Shown: positions 26,677 to 36,770, numbered from the stretch's first letter. The stretch is DNA of 64,000 bases from an uncultured delta proteobacterium (GCA_963716725.1 CAVQUB010000005.1:480001-544000); one strand, 5' to 3'. Numbers and translations are program-made. Notes: generated from the sequence alone by a model not told the origin.

Positions 26677-27063
26677 ATGGAGATGTTCAGAGAGTGTGGC
26701 TGGCCCGCGTTCGTCGTGCTGGCCTTGGCGATGGTCGCCGTGCTCGTCGGGATGGTCGCTCTCGGTGTCGCGATCGCTCGTCCTCGCGCCGGTCTGATCC
26801 TGGGCGTGGTCGCGCTGGCGACCTCCTGCTCCGTAGCGGCGATGGGAGCCGGGGGGACGGTCATCGGCAAAAACGCCACCGACCGAGCGTTGTCAGGGGC
26901 CGGCGTGAACCCGGAGCAGCGCGAGCGGATCCGCGTGGTGGGTTATGCGGAAGCGGGCCAGTGCACCAGTTTGGGCGCGGGTTTCGGCGCCTTGCCGCTG
27001 GTACTGGCAGCGGCTGCCATTGTTGTGGGGTTGTTGCGCAAGAAGTCCGCGTTCGCTCAGTAG
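26677..27063 (+). CDS. Small three-TM membrane protein, loosely MotA/TolQ/ExbB-like
   Basis: F..CGW N-terminus; three hydrophobic helices with a short loop. Confidence 0.6.
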   Translation: MEMFRECGWPAFVVLALAMVAVLVGMVALGVAIARPRAGLILGVVALATSCSVAAMGAGGTVIGKNATDRALSGAGVNPEQRERIRVVGYAEAGQCTSLGAGFGALPLVLAAAAIVVGLLRKKSAFAQ

Positions 27064-27458
27064 CCGACGTCGTCCTTGGGCAACGGTTTCAGTCCCGAGC
27101 CCAGCGGCGGATATCCTGGTGGCGTGGTCGTCAGCGGCACGGCGGTGGGGTAGGGCGCGGTGGAGGACCCGTAGGGTGTCGGCGCGAGATCGATTCGAGG
27201 CGCCCAGCCCGACTGCAGCGCGGCCTGCCCCGGCCCGCGGCAGCGGAGCAAAAAGCTCTCGCGATCGGAGTGGGTGCGGGACAAGTCGTACCCCGTCGGA
27301 CAGCGTTCGCCCGCGAGTTGGTAACAACGCGCCTCCTGGCCCTTGCAGCTCAAATGGAACATGCGCGAGCCATCCGGCCCCACGATGGGCGAGACCGTCG
27401 CTTCGACGGCGCACGATAGGGCCAACGAACACATGATCGCTGCGGCGAGGCTGCGCAC
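27057..27458 (-). CDS. Small lipoprotein
   Basis: LALS-C lipobox; GPDG..C..C...AG..CP.GY motif; Pro-rich tail. Confidence 0.7.
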   Translation of the reverse strand: MRSLAAAIMCSLALSCAVEATVSPIVGPDGSRMFHLSCKGQEARCYQLAGERCPTGYDLSRTHSDRESFLLRCRGPGQAALQSGWAPRIDLAPTPYGSSTAPYPTAVPLTTTPPGYPPLGSGLKPLPKDDVGY

Positions 27459-27482
27459 AGGCGCAGTCTACCACGAGTCGAT

Positions 27483-29690
27483 TCAGCCTCGCGTCTCGAG
27501 CAGCTTGGCCCGCAACGTCGCCGTGTCCCGCCTCGAGCTTCGCTGCGGCGAAAGGCGGCTGAACAATGGCAGCGCCACGGAGCGCAACGCTTCGGGCAGC
27601 ACGTTCTCGAAGTACTCCAGCGCCGTTCCCCTCAGCGCGTCGTCTCCACTCCTCAGGGCACGGTAGGCAAGTGAGAGCGGCTCGCGTTCGAGCACCAACG
27701 ACAAGAGCACGATGGCGTGCTCCACGGACTCGAGCGCTGAGTGGTCGCCGGAGTGGTCCATCCCGCGCCGAGCCAGCGCCTCCGACCCCCGCCGTAGCTC
27801 GATTTCGACAGCGGAAAGCAGGCGATCCTTCGGCAAGGCATGGTCGACGGCCTGACGCTGCAGGGCAAACGCGGCCTGGTGACGGACCTCGGTCTCGGTC
27901 GCGAACAGCGCGTCAGTCAGCGCCGCGCGGGAACGTGGATCCGTCGAGGACTCGAGGGCGCGGGGAATGCGCCGACGAATCACGGCGCTCAGGCGCGCGT
28001 CGCCGAGCGAGCGCACCAGCTCGGTGGTGGCCCGCGGGCCGGCGCGCCGCAGGGCGCGCAGCGCATCTCGGGAGAGTTCGTCGTCACCCAGCAAGTCGAT
28101 CACGTCCGCGATGAGCTCGGGGGCGATGTCCGCGTCGTTCGTCAGCCGCGCGCGCGCCCGACTTGGATTTCTGGAACGGAGATCGTCTCGGGCTCGGTCC
28201 AGGTCAATCTCGTCGCCCGACAGGAGGAGGCGCAGCGAGACGGGCGCTGATCCGAATCCTTCTTCGCGGACGTCGGGCGGCAGGTCCCCCAGCGTCTCCT
28301 CGGAGATCGACTCCGGAGGTGGTGCTTCAGTGGGCTGGGTGCCGCTCTGGCGCATGCGCTCGATGCTCGCGAGCAGCTTCCGGCGGTCGAGCGCTGAGGT
28401 CTCCGCCAATGTTCGTCGTGTCGTCGCGTCGAGCGCGTCTCGCGCGGTGAGGCGGACCGCGCCTCTCCGAAGGCTCTCGGCCAACGCAGACACGTACCCG
28501 CGATGCAGTCGGATCGTCGTGAGCAACGCTGCCACGGCGGCCCCCGCCGCGAGCAGCAAGATGATGCTCTCGGCGTCGGCGACCCGCGGCAGGATCTGAA
28601 GCGTGAGACCGCTGCCGAGGGCGGTGCCGATGCGGTCGAAGCCCACGTCGATCAGCATCTTCGCCGGGCGTTTCTGGGCCCGGGGCACCGGGGTGTACGC
28701 CACCTCGTACGCCGCCCGGTACACCGAACTCTGCACGAGGGCGTCGGTGCCCCGCGCAGCGACGGCGGTCCCGAAGCCCGGGACGAAGAGCGCGAGCAGC
28801 GATGCGCCCGTCACGCTGATTGGCAAGATGGCCATCGTGCCCGCAAGGCCCAGCCGACCCAGCGTGGCGCGCGTCGCCAGCCCCTGCACCGCGAACGACG
28901 CCAGGCCGACCCCCATGTGGAACAACGCGAAGAACGCCATCAACTCGGGGCCCTTCGGGACCCGCGCGACGACCCGCGCGCTCATCACGTAGTCGAGCAG
29001 GGCACTGGTCATGGCCACCAAGACCACCAAGACTCCGAGCTTCCCGAGATAGGGGTGAGCCTGGATCACTTCGAATCCGGAGCGCGTGCCCACGCGCTCG
29101 GCTGGGGGAGCGAGCTTGGCGCGCGCTCCGAGGACCCGTACTGGCACGATCGCCAGCAGGTTCATCAGGGCTAGCACGGCGAGCATCACGGGGACGCCAC
29201 TGGTTCGCCCGAGCGTGAACGCCAAGAGCCCCCCAGCGGCACCGCCAGCGGTTCCACCCATGGCGATGCGGCCGACGACGCGGCGGGCCGTGTGTGGATT
29301 GAAGCACTCGTTGATCAAGGCCCAGGTCCCTGCGGTCAATGCCGCACCCAGGAACGCGACCTGGAGATAGAGCGTGATAGCGGCGCTCGCGGGCGCATGC
29401 GTCGACAGCACCCATTCGGCTCCGAACAAGATCGCATTGACGACCAGCGCTACGGGCAGCACTCGCGCGGGCGTCCAGGACGCCATCACTCGCGCCGCAG
29501 CCAGGGCGGCGACCAACGAGACCCCGGCTGCCGCTGCCATCATCTCGGGCAATCGGCTCACGTCGTGATGCGAGAGGAATAGGGCGTCCCGCGCCGCCTT
29601 GGCGCCGACCAACTGGGCGACGCTGGCCCCGGAGGCCAGCGCGGCCATCAGCACCGCTCGGCCCACTTGCTCGCGACGGTCGGGGCCCAT
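27483..29690 (-). CDS. Npt1/Npt2 (TLC/NTT) family transporter with C-terminal HEAT-like repeats
   Basis: KAARDALFL, YTPVPRAQKRPAKMLID; about 12 TM segments followed by a helical repeat region ending GTALEYFENVL. Confidence 0.8.
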   Translation of the reverse strand: MGPDRREQVGRAVLMAALASGASVAQLVGAKAARDALFLSHHDVSRLPEMMAAAAGVSLVAALAAARVMASWTPARVLPVALVVNAILFGAEWVLSTHAPASAAITLYLQVAFLGAALTAGTWALINECFNPHTARRVVGRIAMGGTAGGAAGGLLAFTLGRTSGVPVMLAVLALMNLLAIVPVRVLGARAKLAPPAERVGTRSGFEVIQAHPYLGKLGVLVVLVAMTSALLDYVMSARVVARVPKGPELMAFFALFHMGVGLASFAVQGLATRATLGRLGLAGTMAILPISVTGASLLALFVPGFGTAVAARGTDALVQSSVYRAAYEVAYTPVPRAQKRPAKMLIDVGFDRIGTALGSGLTLQILPRVADAESIILLLAAGAAVAALLTTIRLHRGYVSALAESLRRGAVRLTARDALDATTRRTLAETSALDRRKLLASIERMRQSGTQPTEAPPPESISEETLGDLPPDVREEGFGSAPVSLRLLLSGDEIDLDRARDDLRSRNPSRARARLTNDADIAPELIADVIDLLGDDELSRDALRALRRAGPRATTELVRSLGDARLSAVIRRRIPRALESSTDPRSRAALTDALFATETEVRHQAAFALQRQAVDHALPKDRLLSAVEIELRRGSEALARRGMDHSGDHSALESVEHAIVLLSLVLEREPLSLAYRALRSGDDALRGTALEYFENVLPEALRSVALPLFSRLSPQRSSRRDTATLRAKLLETRG

Positions 29691-29890
29691 GAACTCAGAC
29701 CGAGGATACGCCGCCTGGGGTCCGGGAGGACGGCTACCTCGGGGGTCGATGCTTGAAAAAAACTGAACAAATACGCACCACTGCGGCTGCTGGTTATCGA
29801 AGCGCGCAGGCGCGCGAGCCGATTCTCTGCGGCCGTGCGTCTGGGCTGTGTTGGGCCGGGCTTCGGTCCACCACAGGAGGATCTTCGAAG

Positions 29891-30106
29891 ATGAATCTGC
29901 GTACCGCTATCGCTCTCGTTTCGCTCGTTTCCATCAGCGCCCTCGGCATTGCCTGTGGTGGCACCCCGGCCCCCGAGGCGAAGGCCCCGGAGACCCCCGC
30001 GGCCCCCGAGGCGACGCCTCCGGAGACCCCCGAGGTTCCCGCCGCTGGCGGCGACGAGAAGAAGGAAGAGCCGGCCGCCGAGCCCAAGGAAGAAGAGAAG
30101 AAGTGA
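29891..30106 (+). CDS. Small Pro/Glu-rich lipoprotein
   Basis: CAGGAGG SD; MNLRTAIALVSLVSISALGIA-C; acidic disordered body. Confidence 0.75.
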   Translation: MNLRTAIALVSLVSISALGIACGGTPAPEAKAPETPAAPEATPPETPEVPAAGGDEKKEEPAAEPKEEEKK

Positions 30107-30149
30107 GCCCGCCGTCGAGCCCCCTTCCGGGAGCTCGACGCGATTCACG

Positions 30150-30181
30150 GAGGGCGGCCCTCGGGTCGCCCTCTTTCTTTT
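30150..30181 (+). terminator. Rho-independent terminator
   Basis: GAGGGCGGCC-CTCG-GGTCGCCCTC followed by TTTCTTTT. Confidence 0.8.
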
Positions 30182-30360
30182 GTGCGCCGACCGTGGGCGC
30201 GGGTTCAAGGGGGACGCCCTAGCGCGCCGCCTGTGATGCGAGCGCACAGGCGTTGCCACGGCGGCACTCGAAGCGCGGCAACGCGCTCACGGTGAGTGCT
30301 TCGATCGGCGCTGTCCCTCGCGATCGAGTACCGGCACGTCCGTTGCAATCGTCCGTTGCG

Positions 30361-31377
30361 ATGGATCTTCCCACGCTTGCACGTGGGCTTGGCGCACGTT
30401 CGGGGTTCGGTCCGGCACCGATCTCCATCGGCTTCGAGCTCACTCATCGCTGCAATCTCGCGTGTAGCTACTGTGATCGGCACACGCCGGCACACAGCGA
30501 GATGACACGCGCCGAGATCCTGAAGGCGCTGTCACAGCTGCACGACTTGGGCATGCGGCACGTGTCAGTCGACGGCGGGGAGCCGCTGACGCACAAGCAC
30601 GTGGACGAGATCACGGCCTTTCTCGTCCAGCGGCAGGTGCGGGTATACATGAATACCAACGGCATCCTCGTTCCGAGGAAGCTCGCGACTATCCGCCTGC
30701 TCTCGAAGGTGAAGATCAGCCTGGACGGTCCGGCAGCGTGCCACGACGCGGTGCGGGGCGAGGGGTCGTGGCGGAAAGCCGTGGTCGGGGCCCTCGCTGC
30801 GCGCGACGCGGGCGTGCCCGTGGAGCTCACCTGCGTCGTCGGCAGACACAACGTCGATCAGATCGAAGAGCTCTTGGCTTTCGCCGACCACGCTCGCTTC
30901 TCGGTGGTCTTTCAGCCGGCTCGCAACAGCCTCTTCGTGGGCAGCGCCCGTGACGGCGGCGCGTTCCAGCTCGAAGCGGCGGAGGTGCGGCGGGTGTTCC
31001 GTCGTCTCGAGGCTGCCAAGCTGCGGGGCTGCGCGGCGGTGGCGAATCGCTGGTCCAGTCTGCGACATTTTCGCGACTTTCCCCGGGATGTCGCGCCGCC
31101 CTGCGCCGCGGGCTTCATCAACGCCACCCTCGACCCCGAAGGCAATCTCTTTCATTGCGGGCAGCTGAGCCGGCTCGGCCGCTCGGCGAACGTCGTCGCG
31201 ATGGGAGCGCGAGCTGCCTTCGAGGGGCTGGCGAGGCACGGATGCTCGCAGTGCTGGTGCGCGCGAGTGGTCGAAGAAAACTACGCCTGGGGTGGGCGCG
31301 TGCACCGCATGTTGCCGCCGCTGGGCGTCGCCGAACCGACACCCCGAGCGTCGCGGCGCCTGAAGGTGGTGGCGTGA
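30361..31377 (+). CDS. Radical SAM protein with Twitch/SPASM-like C-terminus
   Basis: CNLACSYC, DGGEP, MNTNG, SLDG, CAAG..HC..CSQCWC. Confidence 0.9.
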   Translation: MDLPTLARGLGARSGFGPAPISIGFELTHRCNLACSYCDRHTPAHSEMTRAEILKALSQLHDLGMRHVSVDGGEPLTHKHVDEITAFLVQRQVRVYMNTNGILVPRKLATIRLLSKVKISLDGPAACHDAVRGEGSWRKAVVGALAARDAGVPVELTCVVGRHNVDQIEELLAFADHARFSVVFQPARNSLFVGSARDGGAFQLEAAEVRRVFRRLEAAKLRGCAAVANRWSSLRHFRDFPRDVAPPCAAGFINATLDPEGNLFHCGQLSRLGRSANVVAMGARAAFEGLARHGCSQCWCARVVEENYAWGGRVHRMLPPLGVAEPTPRASRRLKVVA

Positions 31378-32558
31378 CGCTCGGCTCCGCTGCGGCGCTT
31401 CGCTCGGCCCGCCCGCTGCGCGTGTCCATCGATGCGCGCTACGTGCGAGAGCGGCCCAGTGGGATCGGTGCCTACGTACGCGCCCTCGTCGATCGCCTGC
31501 CGGCCCTCGACGAAGCGTCGCATTTTCACTTCTGGGTGGACCCGCGCGCGCCGCGCCCGCTCTCGACCGGGGACAATACGAGCGAGTCGTTGGTGCACAG
31601 CGCGGCCAACGGGTTCTCGACGTTGGCCCTGCCGACTCGACTGGTGAACCTCGAGGGCATCGACGTGCTGCACGCGCCGTTCAACATTCTCGGACGCGGC
31701 ATCCCGTGCCCGACCGTGGTGACGATCCACGACCTGATGTGGCTCGAGGCTCCCGCGGACGCCGAAGGGCTCTCGCTGGTTACGCCCTTCAAGGCCGCGT
31801 ATTACGCCGATGGGATCCGTAGGGCGCTGCGACGAGCCGACTGCCTGGTAGCGATCTCGAAGGCAACGGCCGACGCCATTCGGCGGGCGGAGCCCCGCGC
31901 GTCAAGCCGCGTGCACGTCGTTCATCACGGCGTCGAAGCGCGTTTCTGCCCGCCTTCCGACCGGGAGGCCGCGCGCGACGCGGCGTTGGAGCGATTGGGG
32001 ATCCGTGGCCGCTACCTCTTGGTGGTGGGTCAGAACACGCCCAGCAAGAACCACCGCGCCGTGCTCGAGGCCTTTGCTGCTGCGCGGCTGCCACGCGACG
32101 TATCCCTGGTCGTGCTCCAGCGGCTGTACGCCGGGCGCCGGCCGGGAGTGCTCGGCGCCTCACCACTCCACCAGCGCGCGAGGGAGCTTGGGGTCTCCGA
32201 GAGGCTGGTCTTGCCCCGCGACCTCTCGGACGATTCCTTGATCGGCGTCCTACAAGGCGCCGAGGCCCTCGTGCAGTTTTCGCGATACGAAGGCTTCGGA
32301 ATGCCAGCGCTGGAAGCTCTCGCGTGCGGAACTCCGGTGGTCGCGAGTGACATCGCCCCGCTCGTCGAGGTGCTGGGCGGCGCGGCGCTGGCGGTGCCTC
32401 TGCGCGTCGAGGCGTTGGCGCGGGCCCTGGAGCGCGTCACCAGCGACCGAAGCCTCGCGGCCGAGCTCTCGGCGCGAGGACCCGAACGCGCGAGGGAGTT
32501 CACCTGGGACCGCTGCGCGCGACTCCACCTCGAGCTTTACCGAGCAGCCGCCCGCTGA
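31374..32558 (+). CDS. GT4 family glycosyltransferase
   Basis: GTGA overlap; SGIGAY, VVTIHDL, EGFGMPALEA (EX7E). Confidence 0.92.
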   Translation: MTLGSAAALRSARPLRVSIDARYVRERPSGIGAYVRALVDRLPALDEASHFHFWVDPRAPRPLSTGDNTSESLVHSAANGFSTLALPTRLVNLEGIDVLHAPFNILGRGIPCPTVVTIHDLMWLEAPADAEGLSLVTPFKAAYYADGIRRALRRADCLVAISKATADAIRRAEPRASSRVHVVHHGVEARFCPPSDREAARDAALERLGIRGRYLLVVGQNTPSKNHRAVLEAFAAARLPRDVSLVVLQRLYAGRRPGVLGASPLHQRARELGVSERLVLPRDLSDDSLIGVLQGAEALVQFSRYEGFGMPALEALACGTPVVASDIAPLVEVLGGAALAVPLRVEALARALERVTSDRSLAAELSARGPERAREFTWDRCARLHLELYRAAAR

Positions 32559-32565
32559 CGCGCGG

Positions 32566-34683
32566 TCACTGCGGGACTTGCTGTGTGCAGAAGCCGCCCA
32601 GGCATTTGGTCCCAGCGGAGGCGCAGCAGTCGGTGTCCACCACGCACTTGTCGCCCACCTGAGAGCACCCGGTCTTCTCTCCGCAGACCTTCGGAGAGCT
32701 CGGATTCCCCGGGTTCTGTGTGACGCAGAAGCCCTCACAACACTCATCGCCGGTCTCGCACGACGCGCCCTTGGGTTTGCAGGGGTCGAGCGCCCAGAAG
32801 CCGCGCTCGTTCTTGCTCGCGGTCTGGTTCGGCAAAAAGAAGGGCGGATGGCTGGGGTCTGCCGTGCCGTTGGGCGTGATGGCGGCCACCCAGAGTTGCT
32901 TTCGCACCTGGGCGCCTTGGAACATGTTGCCGTACTCGCGGATGCTGGTGAAGACCACCCAGTAGTAACCACCCGCGGGCACAGGCAGCGCGAAAGGCTC
33001 GTAGTTGTGCTCGGCGTCCGCCGGTACATTGCCCGCGTTGGTCTTTGCCAGTTCGACGTGACCACTGTTCGCGATGTCGATCAAGTAGAGGCGACCGTCG
33101 GCGGCGCCGTAGGTCCCACTGGCGTCTCGGCTGGCCAGCATGCCGCCGTGCGCCGGGTCGAACTTCACGCTCTCTTGCAGCACGATCAGGTTCGAGTCGG
33201 GCAAGAAGGTCGAATACTTGGTGATCCGGCCGCTTGCGCCGTTGTCGAGCACGACCTTCCGATTCGTGAAGGTGAGGCTGCCCGCTGGCCCAGCAGTCTC
33301 GTCGATGCTCAGATCCATGATTTGAATCGAGCGAGCGGCGGTGCCAGGTGGGCTCGTCTCGCCGTGACCCTGGGTGAAGGCGTAGCGCTTGCCGTCGTGG
33401 GAGATGGTCGGCAAATAGGCGCTCACGCCCGCGCCGAGCCCGACGACGGTCGCGGGGTCGAGCTTCTTGCCCACCGCGTCCACCTTCCAGGCGAGCTGGT
33501 TCACGCCACCCCAGAAGTCGTTCTTGCTGCGCATCACGTACTTGCCCGTCGGGGTCCAGGTGCCGAACGAGAGGCCGCGAGTGTCCCCTCCCAATCCGGC
33601 CGGTGACTGCGAGACCTGCGAAGCGTTGCCGGCCAGGTCGACCTGATAGACGCCGCTCTCTGCGCTCTGCACGTTGACCTCGGCGCCCGTCGACAGCATC
33701 TGCCCGTAGGCGGCGACGGAGTGGCACACCACGCAGCCCTTCTTGATCTGGGTGGCGGCGCCGATGTTGCCGGGGCGTGCTGCCCACAGGCCCGTGTGCG
33801 GCGCCTCGTAGGTCATGTAGTACACCGCACCTTTGAGCGAGCCCGGAGCGGCGACGATCTGGGTGGAATAGGGGCCGTAGGCCTGGCCGCTGGCAGCCTT
33901 GGTGATCTCGACAGAGAGCTTGCCGCCCGCCGCCGTCGCCAGCGCCGCGTTCCACACCTCTTGAGGCAGCGTGAAGCGCGGTGTGGCGGGGGCCGCGACC
34001 TTGTAATATCCCTCCCAGGTGAAGAGCGGAGCGCTGAGCTTCACCTTGGCGTCCACCGGCGCAACGCTGCCGGCGCTGATCATCAGCAGCGGAGCGACGA
34101 CGCCCTTGGGCATCACCGTCTGATCGTAGGGGTAGAGGAACGTGCTCGCGGTGGGACCGGGATCGGCGCTGGGCGGGCCGCCGAGGGCGGCCTTGTTCGC
34201 GGCGTCGAGGTTGGGATCGACGTCCTCGCTGAGCTTGACCTCGATGGTGAGATCCGCGGTCGCCGTCTTGCCGCCATACGATGCGATGACCTTGACCTTG
34301 CCCGCCATGATCCCGGTCGAGGTCGCGATGCCTTGAGCATCTACGCTCGCGATGTCGTAGGTCGAAAGGGTCCAGGTCGCGGCCACCTGACCGGCGCCCG
34401 CCATGGCCTTGAACGGTTGACTCTGCGGACTGCTCTTGCCCGTGATCGTCAACGTCGCCGTCGCTGGCTCGACCTTCAGATCGCCCGCGGAGCTGTCGAT
34501 GTTGATGCCACCTCCGGTGCCGCCACCGCCCGTGCCGCTGTCGTTCTTGCCGCCGCCGCCGCCCCCGGCGCCGGCGTTCGAGACGGTTCCGCCGTCGTCA
34601 CCGCCGCAGCCCGCGAAGCCCGCGAGCGTGCACGCGACCACCAACAGCCAGAGCATGCCCCAACGCCGGATCGTTTTGCCCAT
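32566..34683 (-). CDS. Lipoprotein with Ig-like domain, TolB-like beta-propeller and Cys-rich C-terminus
   Basis: FAG-C lipobox; LYPYDQTV, CVVCH, YYWVVFTSIR, DPSHPPFFLPNQ; C-terminal CC-containing knots. Confidence 0.75.
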   Translation of the reverse strand: MGKTIRRWGMLWLLVVACTLAGFAGCGGDDGGTVSNAGAGGGGGGKNDSGTGGGGTGGGINIDSSAGDLKVEPATATLTITGKSSPQSQPFKAMAGAGQVAATWTLSTYDIASVDAQGIATSTGIMAGKVKVIASYGGKTATADLTIEVKLSEDVDPNLDAANKAALGGPPSADPGPTASTFLYPYDQTVMPKGVVAPLLMISAGSVAPVDAKVKLSAPLFTWEGYYKVAAPATPRFTLPQEVWNAALATAAGGKLSVEITKAASGQAYGPYSTQIVAAPGSLKGAVYYMTYEAPHTGLWAARPGNIGAATQIKKGCVVCHSVAAYGQMLSTGAEVNVQSAESGVYQVDLAGNASQVSQSPAGLGGDTRGLSFGTWTPTGKYVMRSKNDFWGGVNQLAWKVDAVGKKLDPATVVGLGAGVSAYLPTISHDGKRYAFTQGHGETSPPGTAARSIQIMDLSIDETAGPAGSLTFTNRKVVLDNGASGRITKYSTFLPDSNLIVLQESVKFDPAHGGMLASRDASGTYGAADGRLYLIDIANSGHVELAKTNAGNVPADAEHNYEPFALPVPAGGYYWVVFTSIREYGNMFQGAQVRKQLWVAAITPNGTADPSHPPFFLPNQTASKNERGFWALDPCKPKGASCETGDECCEGFCVTQNPGNPSSPKVCGEKTGCSQVGDKCVVDTDCCASAGTKCLGGFCTQQVPQ

Positions 34684-34860
34684 CTCAGGAGTATAGGCTG
34701 GCGCACCCAGTGAGCCGAGCTGTTACAATGACGCTGTGCTTTTGAAGTCGGGTCGGGGCCTCGGCGATTGCCAGCCGCCACGCTGATCGCCTGCCCGGTC
34801 GTGGCGCCCGCGGGGGCAGGCACTGGGGCGGCGGTCATGCTCGCGGCGGGGGAGCGGACC

Positions 34861-36093
34861 TCAAGACGACGACGGCGCCGACGCGCCGCCCTCGGAGAGT
34901 CGTGCACGCAGGCTCAGGTTCTCCCAAGAGCGAGAGACGAGCAGCAAATCTTCCCGACTCTTCTTCTTGGGCGTGCACAGCGGCGCGAGCCGGTCGAAGA
35001 AAGCGTCCGGGTCGATGATCGCCTCCGGCGCAAACACCCCGCGCGGCACGTCGCCGTCCGGTCGCACGGCTGCCAGCCCCACCGCGAGTGGGACGCCCGT
35101 GGCTCCGCCCATGCCGACCGCCGGCGCCGACATGATCGACGCCGCGACGCTCTCGCGCCGCCCGTTGCGCCGGCCGTTGACCACCGCGAATAGCGGCGGC
35201 AGCGTGCGCTGTCGCCCGCTCAGGAGCTCACGGAGATAGTCTTCGGGGGTCTTGACCGGTTTGCCGACGCCCTCGGCCCACTCGATGAAGCCCGCGGCGC
35301 GCTCGACCGAGAGCCAGCCGGCATCGACCAGTCGGGCCAGGACGCGCATCACCGTCATGTTGGTCCGCGACATGGTCATGAGCACCAGGCAGCGCGAGAG
35401 CTCGGGGTAAGACGCCGGAAAGGTGATCGCCTCAGGGTGGCCCATGGTGAACGCTTCGCAGCGGCCGAGGCCCGGATACTCGAAGCTGACCCGACGCAGG
35501 GGCGGTTCGTCCACCACTTTGCCGCCGTCGAACACGCGGATCGTGCCGGTGAGCTGGTGCACGCCGTGGATCGTGGCAGCGCAGGGCTTCTCGCCTCGGC
35601 TCTCGGGCATCGCGGCGTCGAGGTCGAAGCCCGCGTAGACCTCGTCGACCTGGTCCAGCTCGCGCATGGCCGTGACCGCCAACAAGTTCGAGATCCCCGG
35701 GCTCGCACCCATGCCGATCACGGCAGTGATGCCAACGGCACGGGCGTCCGAGTTCAGGGCCATCATCGCCTCGGTCGACTCCCAGTCGTCGTTGATGTCG
35801 AGGTAGTGGCACTTCGCGGCGATGGCAGCGCGGAGGACGGGCGGACCCAGTCGAAAGAAGGGCCCGACCGAGTTGAGCACGGCGTGGGCGCCTTCGAAGG
35901 CCGTCGCCAGCGACGACGCGTCCGTCACGTCGACTCGCATCGAGCGTGCCTTCGACCCGATCGACTCAGCGAGCCGGCTCGCCGCGCTCTGGTCGAGGTC
36001 AGCGATGATCAGCTCATCGACGAAGTCGAAACCAGCGGCGGTCTTGGCTGCGTAACGGCCCATGCCGCCCGCGCCCAATGCGACGACCCTCAT
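34861..36093 (-). CDS. Saccharopine dehydrogenase-like NAD(P)-dependent oxidoreductase
   Basis: MRVVALGAGGMG, NSVGPF, YLDI, GMGASPG, GHPE, GVFAPE. Confidence 0.88.
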   Translation of the reverse strand: MRVVALGAGGMGRYAAKTAAGFDFVDELIIADLDQSAASRLAESIGSKARSMRVDVTDASSLATAFEGAHAVLNSVGPFFRLGPPVLRAAIAAKCHYLDINDDWESTEAMMALNSDARAVGITAVIGMGASPGISNLLAVTAMRELDQVDEVYAGFDLDAAMPESRGEKPCAATIHGVHQLTGTIRVFDGGKVVDEPPLRRVSFEYPGLGRCEAFTMGHPEAITFPASYPELSRCLVLMTMSRTNMTVMRVLARLVDAGWLSVERAAGFIEWAEGVGKPVKTPEDYLRELLSGRQRTLPPLFAVVNGRRNGRRESVAASIMSAPAVGMGGATGVPLAVGLAAVRPDGDVPRGVFAPEAIIDPDAFFDRLAPLCTPKKKSREDLLLVSRSWENLSLRARLSEGGASAPSSS

Positions 36094-36148
36094 GAACACA
36101 CAAACTACCACGGTCACCCGCGGGCGGGGAGAAGGGTGCGGCGCGCCC

Positions 36149-36736
36149 TCAGTGAGTGACTTCGACCTCGGGCTTGTAGCTGGTGCCAAACATCACCCAA
36201 CCCACCGGCGTGATGGTCAGGCCGCCCAGCAGCAGCACCAAGCCGCCGCTCACCCGGGCGCGATCCGATGCCGAGCGTTCGCACTCGGGTCCACAGGACA
36301 GCGCGACGCCAAGACCCACGATGGTGATGACGGGCCCCACGATGCCCATGATCAGTCCGGCGGTGCGGTGCATTTGGGTGTCGGGATCCACGCTCACCTG
36401 CGCCGGACCGCGCGTCTCGAAGACCCGACGACCCGCCACAGTCTCCGAGCCCTCGCTCACGTGGATTTGGTAACGACCGGGCCACAGCGGCACGCGGCAG
36501 GGAGGCGAAGCGCAGTAGACTAGCGGAGCGTCGCGCGCAGGATTGGCCCGCTCCGGGAACACGCTGAGTGACACTCCGGGCTCGGTGCTGAACAGCTCGA
36601 CCGGCGGCGGGAGGGCGAGTTGCGGCGGCGGTGGCCAGCCCCAGCCCGGTGGCGGCGCGGCCGCGGGGCCCTCGGCTCGTGCTCTCGACGGCCAAGTGAA
36701 CACCAAGACCAACGCCGCGCAGAGGGCCGACCGCAT
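36149..36736 (-). CDS. Exported/membrane protein with a small PEGA-like domain and C-terminal TM hairpin
   Basis: Signal peptide ending ARA; CASPPC..PGRY; two Gly-rich hydrophobic helices. Confidence 0.65.
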   Translation of the reverse strand: MRSALCAALVLVFTWPSRARAEGPAAAPPPGWGWPPPPQLALPPPVELFSTEPGVSLSVFPERANPARDAPLVYCASPPCRVPLWPGRYQIHVSEGSETVAGRRVFETRGPAQVSVDPDTQMHRTAGLIMGIVGPVITIVGLGVALSCGPECERSASDRARVSGGLVLLLGGLTITPVGWVMFGTSYKPEVEVTH

Positions 36737-36770
36737 GTGGTCGTCAGACTAGCACCAGTGGCCGCCGGGA

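Noticed and set aside
20559..32558. Assignment of hopanoid gene names (hpnH/J/L)
   Set aside because: Only family-level resemblance; no squalene-hopene cyclase or other diagnostic genes in the window.
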